Shown here one piece after another: positions 52,545 to 64,000 of a stretch of DNA of 64,000 nucleotides. Source of the DNA: Octopus sinensis (Eukaryota). The notes beneath the pieces were generated by a model that worked only from the letters and a program-made list of their open reading frames with translations, was not told where the DNA came from and searched no databases. How positions within the stretch are numbered: position 1 is the stretch's first letter; each line of letters begins with the position of its first letter. The DNA lies in assembly GCF_006345805.1 (NCBI RefSeq), contig NC_042999.1, positions 38,316,001 to 38,380,000 of the forward strand, given 5' to 3'. The position numbers and the translations under genes were made by a program.

Positions 52545-53500
52545 ACTTTAGTATTAAGTTGACATTCCCATTACCGTTTTTAATTCAGAAACTATTTTTA
52601 GCATTGAACTGATGAGCTTTGTGATTGTCTCTTGTAGAATTTCCGCCCACTTTTCATGCAACAATCAAACAATTAATCTTTAGATTCGGGATTCTGTCGA
52701 GTTTTTCGTATAGCTCTATCTAGTATGCTCAAAAAATTTTCAATTGGGTTCATGTCAGGAGATTGGCTTAGCCAAGAAGCTTTTTGATCCCATTTTCAGT
52801 CAGCCATTGTTGATTCCTTTTCGCTGTGTGGCATGGAGCCCCATCTTCCATGAATAAAAACTCATTTTTCGTTATGTTATCGTGTGAATACATCGGAAGT
52901 AGTCCTTGCATAAGGATTTCAATTTATTTTTCAGAGTGTATTATTCCAACACATTCGATCAGCTCAGAACGACCATTGCTGGTGACAGCTCCCCATACCA
53001 TTACAGAGATACCGCTATGTTTCACCGTTGGTTGGAGTCGTTTCAAATCAAATTCTTGATTGGGAAGCCTCCAGACCCAAACATATCCACTGTCTGAAAA
53101 TAAAGCAAATCTGGATTCAATCTGAGAAAATCACTCTATCCCAAAATGAACTTGATTTTTCTGATATCTCCTAAGCCCATTTCTTTCTTTTCATGATATT
53201 ATTTGGTTGAAGGGGAGGTTTTCTTCTAGCTGCTCACCCATAGTACCCAAGCCTATGCAGATATGTAATAAACGTTCTTGGACTAACTTCTAGCTGTTTT
53301 ACAATGCCAGACGCCTTTGAAAGGGGTTTTTGCTTTCTGATATTTGAGACATGTTTCTTACTAATTCTGGGGTGCTGATTTCAAACGTGAATTCCATTTT
53401 GCTCTATCACGTCAAGAATTTTCACTAACTCAGATGTCCAATTTTCAACATTTCTGGCATTTTCACCATTTCTAAGAATAGATTTGACTTCATTAAACAC
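52545..53500 (-). pseudogene. Tc1 (DD34E) transposase, degenerate
   Basis: [50 protein letters not shown]; D-to-E spacing about 34. Confidence 0.88.
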
Positions 53501-54099
53501 GAACCCATATATGGAGCTTGACATAACTTTGAAAACCGTTTTTCCTTGTCATTTAAAGTAAATTCAAACGTAAAAGTGAAAACCAAAGTCATGGTTTAAG
53601 TATCATCAGTAAATAAAATGTAACAAACTTGAGAACCTTACAGTATTTTCACCTAACCAGTTACAGATGTATTGATGAAGACAGAAATATCCTTTTTTAC
53701 AATTAGCCGGTTAGAAATAACATATTTTTGTGGTCCCTGACACTATACATGTCTCATATTCGCGGAATGTGCTTGCAGATACGCCCATGCTCTGCTTCGT
53801 TTAGTGTTACTAACATTGCAAACTAGATGAGTCATGTTTTGTTGAACTTTGAATTGTTTCTTATGAAAATCCATATTTTGAATGTGCCCTTAACGTCGTA
53901 ATTGTGAGGTCACTTGGGTCATGGCCACTTTTCGTCAAGTGAAAGTACTGTAAAAGGAATTTCATTGTATGTATGCTCTTTATGGAACTTTGCCATCACA
54001 AATCTTCATTTGCTTAGTTTATAACTTTTGACTATTCTGAAAGTGCTTTTTCTCAGGTGACAACCACCTGGAATATGTTTTGTATTTCAGAAATATTGC

Positions 54100-55040
54100 G
54101 ACTTGTTGGAGGAGAGAGTGTAAACACAGCCCCAATGTCTTCTTATTTTGGGATTAGGCAGTGAAACAAAATAACTGATTTTGTGAAGAACGCTTACTTT
54201 CTTTACTTAATTTAGCATGAAATTAGGTGACAAGACAAAGCTTGGGAAAACATGAGTTGAAACATTGAGATAGGGACTACTTCAAATACTTAAGCAGAAA
54301 GTTTCCAGTTTTGTCTTGTGATAAAATTCAGTTAAGTGTGTTTGATGCGCCACTTATTATGTGGCTATTGCAGGATGAGCTATTTTGGAGGACAATGTCT
54401 GGCATTGAAAAAGAAGCATGGAATAATTTTGCTGCAGCTGTATCTCATTTCGTAGGAAACAAGAAGCCATCAGTCTATTAAGATCTTGTGCAGACTCTGT
54501 TAACCAGTTTTCAAGCACTGGGCTACAATATAAGTGTAAATGTGCATTTGCTGCACAGTCATTTGGACTACTTCCTTCAAACTCATAAGGCAATAATTGA
54601 TGAGTAAGGAGAAAGACTATGTATGAAGGCAGGTAGAGCACCAACATGATGCTGTCGACTGCTTGCGACTGCAAAGGGACTGTCATGATGCAATTTACTC
54701 ACATAAAGCTGCAAAGAGGAAATTGATTACTTGAGTAGCTGAAACTCCACTTTGACAGAAATATCTATTCTGGGTAATTAAACATTTTGTGTAATATATA
54801 TGTTAAACAATAAAACGTACTCTTTGGTTTGTGCTAGTTTCTTATTTCAGTATTGCATTTAATGGCAAAATTGACATTTTTGGTAAAAAAAATTAATTCC
54901 TGTTTAACAAAAAAAAAAAAAAAAAATTGGTGTGATAGAAAATTTCTCAAGGCATTTCTGAACTCATCACCATCAAATTAGATAGGACTAATTGTAAAAA
55001 GAAAGACAACTAAATTTTTTTTCAAAGATGTTCCCCAGTG
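54100..55040 (+). mobile_element. Chapaev3-like (CMC) DNA transposon remnant with right terminus
   Basis: ECKHSPNVF near 54115; KEAWNNF..FVGNKK..SFQALGYNISVNVHLLHSHLDYF..DE*GER at 54362-54620; ends tgttccccagtg|taa. Family name from recall of these motifs. Confidence 0.6.
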
Positions 55041-56717
55041 TAATAGATAATACTTGACAAGTTTTTTTTCTGTTGCTCAATACAAATCAATTTGCGGTGA
55101 AAGTATATAGTGAGTGTCAACTAATCTTTTTCCCTGTACTAATTTCATCCACAAGACTTGAGTAAACCTGAGGGTAAAGAAAAGTTACTTGCCACGATTG
55201 CCACTCAGATAGATCGAACATGCGAGCTCAAATTTGGGAACTGACTTCTTAATCAATATTATTTCTATCTTCATATTTACGTATCTTTGCTTGTGTGTAT
55301 GTAAGGAAGTGTGTTCGCGTGTTAGTACCTGTGTATGTAGCTGTTTTTATATAAAAGTATTATTGCAGCTAGGATTTCACATCAGGGGATTAAATGCCGT
55401 TAATTTTCATATACATCTCTGTTCCTAGAATATTAGAGAACTGTTTATTAATTAGCTTTCGTTATTATATATTAAATATATATTATAATTAATCGTTTTG
55501 TAAGAAATGGAAAGATATAATTATCGCAGCATTAACTAAAAATTTGTATACCTACCTCTCTACCTACCTACCTACCTACCTACCTACATACTTACATACA
55601 GACAGATACATGTATATGTATGTCTATATATATTTGTGTGTATGTATGTATGTATGTATGTATGTATGTACATATCAATACCAATATGTGTATATGTATT
55701 TATAATCACGCTCTGTTATTGAGTTATACGTTGTGTAATTACATGTAAATGAACTAACTTTTCCAAATAGTACAAATATTGCATAATATAATTTCATATT
55801 CTGAAAATATTTCCCTTGGTCCCAAAATTAATTATCAGTTAATTTATTTGATAAAATTTCGAAATTACCATAAATGCATGTGAAATATAAAACAGTAGCG
55901 AATACGTTGAGATGTTCTAGCTCTTCTGATGAGAAGAGAGATCGAAGAATTTTAATGAATTCTTGAAAATTTTATGGTTCAGCAAATTTTATGCAAATTT
56001 TAACGAACAAATTAAACACTGGTTCATTTGAGACGAGTCACTAGTTTCAGTGTACAATCCTATTTATGGCAATTAAAGGCCATTAACAGGTTTGGCTACG
56101 TGTCTTTAATATAATTATAATAATGTATGAATCTATTTAAAAGTTTCGGAGTTCAGAATAATTTTAAAGCATAACCAAAGGGAAAAAAATGTCTAAATGA
56201 CAACTAACATCAGGCTGGTTTTATAATGATCAGTTAATTTGAATGCTCTTAGGTTATAATAACGATAATATTTTCACAAATATTAGGAACAACAACAACA
56301 ACAAAAAAACATGTGTTTCAACCAATAATTAATACATTGAACTAATTGGTGAATTTAATGAAATTGGCAACATATTTTTCTTGTATTGATGTAAAACAAT
56401 ATAAAGAGGACATTTCAGTAACTGTATTATATTGCTACATGAAAGAAAATGGGGAGGAAACGTAAGGGATTTTGTTACCTTTCGTCATTTATGCTTGCCT
56501 AGGCCAACAGTATGCAAACATGCTTACATACGTACATAGATGAATACGTATACATACATACATTCATACATACATATATGCATACATACAGACATTAAGA
56601 CTCCGTTGTTGAAATTCCAGCGAGGGAACTTGGGATCTAGATTAGAACCGGTTCCTTATTGGCAAGAAATTTTGAAATAAAATAAATAATGACATACATG
56701 CATATATGCAAATATAC

Positions 56718-56838
<121 letters not shown>

Positions 56839-57030
56839 TGTGTATAAATAAATAGATGACTGTATTTTCCCCTTGTTAACAATTAACACGGAAAAAATGT
56901 CTTATTGACGAGTTTCATTTCTTCACTTCCTGAAGAGAAGATTACATTCCTTTGGAATATTATCAGTGAAATCTTCGAAACATGTGTAGGAAGTAAAAGT
57001 ATTTGAATTATACCTGCGTTAAACTCCATG

Positions 57031-57072
<42 letters not shown>

Positions 57073-58106
57073 TTATTGATGATGTAATTGCGTGGTATAA
57101 CAACGTGCGTGGAATCAACGGGATCCTTATCGGATTTGGTGCAAAAGCATTGCTCAAACAAATACAAATACGTTGGAATTAATGTAGGATTGATATGAAA
57201 TGATTTTCGTTACAACACATATTTATTCACTTTTGTTTTCTCATTTTAACTTTTCCATTCCTCGTTTTTTTTCCTGTGATTTCTCATAGAACAGCGTCCT
57301 TTTAATTTTGTCGTTTAAAACCAGCTATATGTATTTGAACTTGAAGGGTTCCTGGGAAACATTGTGTGATATAAAAACCTGCAGAAATATTGTGTATTAG
57401 GCTATATTTTAATACTGTGTATATGTAAGGTTAGTTATCTCTTATTGGCTGGAGTACCTTTTGGTGATACTGAATAAACTACACGCAAACACACACACAC
57501 ATACACACAAGGATAAAAACACATTCAATCATGACACTCGAAGCACCTCACATACAGTTATGAAGAATACCGTCTAGATATTGCAATGGAAAACTCTTTT
57601 GTATAGAAAGCTGACTGTGAGACTCGAATCCACATCTCCTGTAAACACGACAGGCATTCCACCATTAGATAAAGCAATAATTCAAATTTCTGAGTTCATT
57701 CTCGAAGCTTCTTTCTTGGCAGCGGAAACTGTATGTTTTTAACATACATATAAACGTTTGAAAGATGGTTTAATTATATTTTGTAATAATTGTTCTCGGA
57801 GCACAACAGATGTAGCTATAAAGAACAGTATGTAAATATTTGATTGAAAAACTATTTTGGCTTGAAACGTTGATTGACTTAGAGAATTATTCATCTCAAA
57901 CAGAATTATTTCCTCAGAAACAGTTTTAAAATTCTTCTGGTGTCAACAATATATGGACAAAATAATGGAAACAGCATCATAGCATCATAATTTTGAAATA
58001 TCTATATAACAGCCAAAAGCTAGCATATTTTTATGTTTTTTGATTTATTATTAGTGTCGCTTAATATGTCTTGCTAAAATTGCTGTTATGTTTCAGATAT
58101 CATCAG

Positions 58107-58900
58107 AAAAAGGTAATTAAAATTCGTTAAACTGACAGATCTATCGAACTTTCAAAGAGGTCAAATTCTTGAGGCTCGTATGACAGGCGCTATTGTTACG
58201 AAAACAGCCGAAATGTTCGGTGTATCAAGAACTACTGTCTCCAAAGTAATGACAACCTCTGAGAAAGAGGGAAAAACCTCATCGTCGAAAAAAAACTCCG
58301 GAAGAAAACCAAAATTTTCAGATAAGAACCACGAAAATCTTACGCGAATTGTTAGAAAAGTTCACGAAAGTACAGCTACCAACATTACCGTAAAACTTTA
58401 AGATCACCTCGAGAACCCAGTTTCCACAAAACCCGTTCGCCGGGTGGTGAACAAACCCGAATTTCATGTGAGGGCTGCAATCAGAAAACCACTTCTTTCA
58501 AAAACAAACATTGCAATGCGTATAGAGTGGAGTAAAAACCTACAGAATTGGTCCCTAGATCAGCGGATCAATGTTATATTCTCGGATGAGTTATCCTTCA
58601 CCTTATTTCCGACCACCGGCCGAGTATATATGTGGAGACAGCCAAAAGAAGCATTTGACTCAGACTGTCTGTTAAACATGGAGGTGGATCTGTAATGATC
58701 TGGGAGGGGATCTATATATTTGGAATTTCACCGGCCGAATAGTTTCTCTACGTTGCAGAATTAATAGTGAAGACTATTTAAGCATTTTATCTAATTAAAT
58801 TCATCATATAATTGCGGAACTGCTTCCTGAGGGAAATGCAATCTTTCAGGATGATAATGTACCAATTCACACAGATAAAGTTGCTACAAGAACTGGAGAC
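58107..58900 (+). pseudogene. Tc1 transposase, degenerate
   Basis: TAEMFGVSRTTVSKV, SGRKPK, AAIRKPLLSK, NVIFSDELSF, KHGGGSVMIW, IFQDDNVPIHT. Confidence 0.9.
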
Positions 58901-59035
58901 TGTTTTAGATGAAGCGTGGACAAAAATACATTTGGAAGCCCATACCATATAGAATTCAAGCTGTAATTAGTGCCAACGGCAGTCCTAGCCTGTATTGAAA
59001 TAAATCTGTTTAAAATTTTAAGGTATTTTTATTAT

Positions 59036-59173
59036 TTTGGAGACAGTACTTCTTGATACACCGAACATTTCGGCTGTTTTCGTTACAATAGCGCCTGTCA
59101 TACGAGACCCAACAATTTGACCTCTTTGAAAGTTCGATAGATCTGTCAGTATAACGAATTATAATTACCTTTT
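59036..59173 (-). repeat. Inverted copy of the Tc1 5' coding region
   Basis: Reverse complement of 58107-58245. Confidence 0.9.
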
Positions 59174-59273
59174 CTCTCTCTCTATATATATATATTTTAT
59201 CGCTACATATATATAAAGACATAGCTACATACATATATCTATACATAACTATGCACAATACACTCACGCATAT

Positions 59274-59307
<34 letters not shown>

Positions 59308-59370
59308 ATATATATATAAGGTAAACTTACTTGGAAATGGAAGTGTGGCCTTCAGTCATATAACAATATA

Positions 59371-59431
<61 letters not shown>

Positions 59432-59479
59432 TACATACATGCATATATATGTATATATTTGCCTATATGTGTACAGGAT

Positions 59480-59943
59480 GTCACAAAACGAAAACAACAT
59501 GAAATACGAAGAAAAACATGAGTATGCAATAAGAGAAACAAATGGAAAGCAAGACAAGGAACATAAAGAACGACCATTCATCAGTTGTTGACCGTCCATC
59601 TTCGCCTCAACGCGAGCATTTAACAATATGAGGCTTCGAAAGGCTGTTGCTCCCGCGAACCAAAATAAAATTTGGGATTTGCGAAAAGTCAATGCTGGTA
59701 ACAAAAACAGAACAGTGGAGACATACAAGAGGCCAAACGAAAACAAGCATGAAGGGTCATCAGGCCAGACAAGGTAAGGTAACGAACGCTGGAGAAATAT
59801 TGTTTTTGACAAGATAAATGATAGAAGAGGAGACGGATAACAATGCGTCTGTCTTTGCGACAGACTGAAAGAAAAGAGAAATGATCATGTGAGGAAAAGA
59901 AAGATGGACGATGGTAACGTGTGAGCAATGAGAGGGAATAAAG

Positions 59944-60010
<67 letters not shown>

Positions 60011-60245
60011 TGGTGAGAATGGGAGCAACTATGACCCTCCGCAAATCCCAAATTTTACATTTTTTCGCGGGAGCAACTACGTTTGGAAGCCTCATACTGT
60101 TGTTAAATGCTCGAAATGAGGAGTAGATGGACAGCAGACAACTGATGAAGCGTCGTTCTTTATGTTACTTGTCTTGTTTTCCATTTGCTTCTCTCGTTGT
60201 TTGCATATCCATGTATGTCTTCGGATTTCACATTGTTTTCAAGCA
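59480..60245. mobile_element. Inverted pair of diverged terminal-repeat-like fragments around (GA)n
   Basis: 59500-59690 is the reverse complement of about 60040-60240; both contain caactgatgaa but no downstream GAAAC. Confidence 0.5.
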
Positions 60246-60336
60246 GAACCGAAACATAAAATTTCTAAGAAAATTAAAATTGATCGTTTTATAGTGGCGT
60301 TTTCAAACTTCTTAATATATATATATATATATATAT

Positions 60337-60386
<50 letters not shown>

Positions 60387-60424
60387 ATGTATGTATGTAT
60401 ATATATATATGTGTATATATGTAA

Positions 60425-60514
<90 letters not shown>

Positions 60515-61371
60515 TTATTCAGTAAAATCTAGCAATTCTTATTTCTGATCAGAGAGGAGATCAGTATTCTCGTCAACTATAACTTTCATTACAAGTAAGA
60601 CTCGGCAGCAATTTAGGGCAAACCTTATTTTCATTTTACACTGCACTATGATCACTGTTTTACCATCGGAAACTGTTTTCTACTAATGATATTCGCATGA
60701 AAATAGAAGTGTGAAATCAGTTATGACTTAATGTAATGAAAATACGTATTTCGATTTTTTTTTTTATAATTCCCATTTTTATAAAGAAGGTAAAATATAA
60801 TCGCAATGCAATACTTTAAGCGTACATATTTGGGTAATATTATAGTTCCTCGCAGCATAACTTGTTTTGTTGATAGGGGTAGCACACTACTAAGCCAATG
60901 TTTAACTATTGCAACGATCATGTAGCAGAGCATGAGGCAGATATGTTGCCCTCAAACTGAAGCGCCTGTGATCAGAAATACAAAGCACAGGAAGAACAGT
61001 AAGAGAGATTAACACAATTATTGCAACAGCTAAAAACAATTTAAAGCGTACTGTAGGAAATTACTTTAAGTGAATACGCGCATAATATAATTAAATTCAT
61101 TACAACTATTAAGCAGACAGTTTAACGTTAATACCTAAACTTCAGGTGGATCCTAACCTTTTTCAGTCTCAAGGCCCATTTTAAAGAGGTGCGATTTTAC
61201 AAAGGTCTCGTTTGTATATTCTTTTGCAATAGCTAAATAAATAAAACATCATTATTTTAGTATACACTGACGCGGATAAATACGTTAAGTTTAATTTTTA
61301 TAGAAATTACGACATAGAGTGCAGGACCTAAATATTGAGATTATATTGGTTATTGGAGCATTAGTATTGAA

Positions 61372-61630
61372 AGTGGAGGTGCTTGATTAGTGGTTCGAGT
61401 GTTGGGCTCATCATCGTAAGATTGAGGTTTCGATTACTGTATTGGGAGATGCGTAGTGCTCTTGAGCAAAACATTTCATTTTGCGTTGCTCCAGTACATT
61501 CATCGCAAAAATGAGTAAAAATGAGTAATCTTGCGATGAACCGGCGTCCCGCCAGGTGGGGTATTTTTACGTAATGGAAACCGGAAATGGCTTTTAAGAG
61601 TCAGCATGACTCGGGAAGATAACATTTACT
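61372..61630 (+). mobile_element. tRNA-derived SINE family C
   Basis: tRNA-like head (tagtggttcgagtg..gtttcgatt), gtgctcttgagcaaaaca core, gcgatgaaccggcgtcccg motif. Confidence 0.65.
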
Positions 61631-62329
61631 TTACTGTACACCAACGTTCATCATAGCGCATTGATAACATAATACTGATTTGATTTCTAATCACGACGTA
61701 TGTTATGCAAAAAATATTTCATAGAAAAATATGCTTAAACTGAAAATATTGTACGTGGTCATAATTTTATTTATTCCAAAGCAAAGATAAAACCTCTCGG
61801 ATACAGTGACTCCCTCATCGTAAGATATAATTACATATAATAAAAGAAATATCATTTTGGCATATACAATTCAAACGATTACACAATTGACTGGCGAGCT
61901 ACATGTACGGCAATGCATTCCCTTCTCAACATCAATCTTCAATTCTTATAAGTTTTATAAGTTTCTGTTACTTAAATTGTAAACATTATATTTATTCCTA
62001 TTTTCACATGATTTGTATCAAATATATGATAGTATTTATTGCATTTGATGCTTTTGTGCGTTTTTCGTTTGAAATAAGTGATGGAAAATTTTCTACACCT
62101 CGTATACTTCTTTTCTACACATTTCTGTATTTCCTGATCTCAGTCTCACTTTAAATATATATATATATATATATACGTATATGTGTGCGTGTGTGTTTGT
62201 GTGTGTACTAATGTGCGAGTGCACTCGTGCGCGCGTGCATGTGTGTATAGTGTGTACTCACAGGCGCTTGCACGCTTCTATGGCGTATGGATATACGTGA
62301 TGTATGTATGCTTTTGGGTATATATATAT

Positions 62330-62372
<43 letters not shown>

Positions 62373-62416
62373 GTATACATATGCGTGTGTATGTGTATAT
62401 ACACATGTACATATAT

Positions 62417-62469
<53 letters not shown>

Positions 62470-62536
62470 AATATATATATATGTATATATACTTACATTT
62501 GTATATAAAGGTATATGTACATATATATGCATATAT

Positions 62537-62577
<41 letters not shown>

Positions 62578-63072
62578 CACATACATATATATAAATATAT
62601 CTGCATACATACATACATGCATACATACATAAATATACATGCTCATAATCACACTAACATTTCATCAGACGTATTAATGAACTACAAGTGCTGATGTCTT
62701 TCATGAAAGGAAATTAATACAGGTTGTAAAAGTGTTTAGCTTACGGGAGAGCGTGATGTCTGGTCTTGACATGACGTTTCTTCTTGTTTTATAATTTCAA
62801 GTGATCTGACGTCACTTTCTGACTTTTCTCTTTTTCTGTGAAAATGAATGATTTAAATAAATGCTACTGTGTCGTTGCTGAAAGTTCCACGTACACGCAT
62901 AGGCACGCACGCATACATACAAACACACACAAACACAAACAAACGGACAGACACACACACATATATACATGCACATATATATATATATAGATAGATACAT
63001 ATACATACATACACATATGTAGTCTACGTATATATTTGCGTGTTTATATACATACACACACACACACACACA

Positions 63073-63141
<69 letters not shown>

Positions 63142-64000
63142 GTGTGTGTGTGTCACGAAATATGTTTTTTCGTTTGTAGCATTCGTAATTAAGACATATA
63201 AACATGTGCAATAATGATTAGTGTTATTTAATAATGATCTGTAACATGCAAAATATTAAGAATGATAAAATAATAATAAACACTGATCACTATCTTAATT
63301 TCATTCGTTCTTTTTCTCACAAGAATAAAGGATTCAATTGAATATTATCAAAAATGAAGAAATAAACGTAAAGAAAATTCTCTTCTGGAGAACATATGAA
63401 TAGAAGAATATAATAATTTGGAATAAATCAATAATTTCGAAATATAAATATTATTATTATCCATTATCTTAATAGAGGAAATGCAATCTAGACATAATCT
63501 ACATAATTTAAAAGTCAATCATTTTTTTTTCTTTTGCTCCTGGTCGCCTTCCAATTTGTCTTTTCCCGTAGTATTACCTCTATTGTTTTGGTTTCAGTAA
63601 ATTGCGATTATTTAATCTTAGACTCCGAATATTAGAGATTACTGCTGAAAACAAAGACAAAAATTGAATAAAATGTTCATGATAGTAAATTTTCCTTCAA
63701 TTGTTCCCAATTTATGTAATAAATTATGTTTTCGGTTCAGCGAATATGAAAATTACATTTATGGTCTCTATTAATAGTTGAAATAGATTTTCTTTCTATT
63801 CATACATACTTACATTTTTCTCCTTCTTTTTACCCTATCTTTTATGCTTTCATCAAAACAGTACAGTAGCAATTATTCGATAGAACTGCCAGTGTCCTAG
63901 CATTTCACCGAAAAGTAAGGTTATAAAACTATTAGTTACTTAATTATTGTAACCCGAGTAAATTAATGGTATTGAATTCCTGTTGAATAATTCAGATAAT

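Noticed and set aside
55921-55950. CTGATGA followed by a hairpin
   Set aside because: No GAAA, stem III or stem I; not a hammerhead
57606-57675. tRNA-like sequence on the minus strand (TTCGAGT loop)
   Set aside because: Acceptor stem does not pair; at best a decayed SINE head
58085-58110. Minus-strand CUGAUGA-UAUCU-GAAAC
   Set aside because: No stem II pairing and no cleavage triplet or stem I
59570-60160. caactgatgaa motifs in the inverted pair
   Set aside because: No downstream GAAAC or GUH, so no ribozyme call

Overview
AT-rich, microsatellite-dense eukaryotic (animal) DNA with no confidently recognisable host gene. The tRNA-derived SINE families resemble those I recall from Octopus genomes; this is inference from recall, not a database hit. 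Transposon content: one near full-length but frameshifted Penelope-like element (PLE; RT + CxxxxCxxC + GIY-YIG, 15.2-19.5 kb), many short PLE-type terminal fragments sitting in (TA)n tracts, a non-autonomous composite Helitron (25.8-28.1 kb), CR1-like and Tx1/L1-like LINE fragments, three Tc1 fragments, a mariner MITE, a Chapaev3-like remnant and three SINE families. There is one 100-N gap. Most notable is a hammerhead ribozyme (HHR) layer read by eye. A tandem array of 542-543 bp monomers (6.9-8.5 kb) carries a type I HHR on the minus strand in each unit, plus a TSD-flanked satellite copy; this is a retrozyme-like architecture that could yield ~543-nt circular RNA. Several further HHR motifs from apparently unrelated families occur at 14.3, 19.4, 20.8, 29.1 and 32.1 kb, some frozen in fold-back palindromes. 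All folds were made by hand and catalytic activity is untested.
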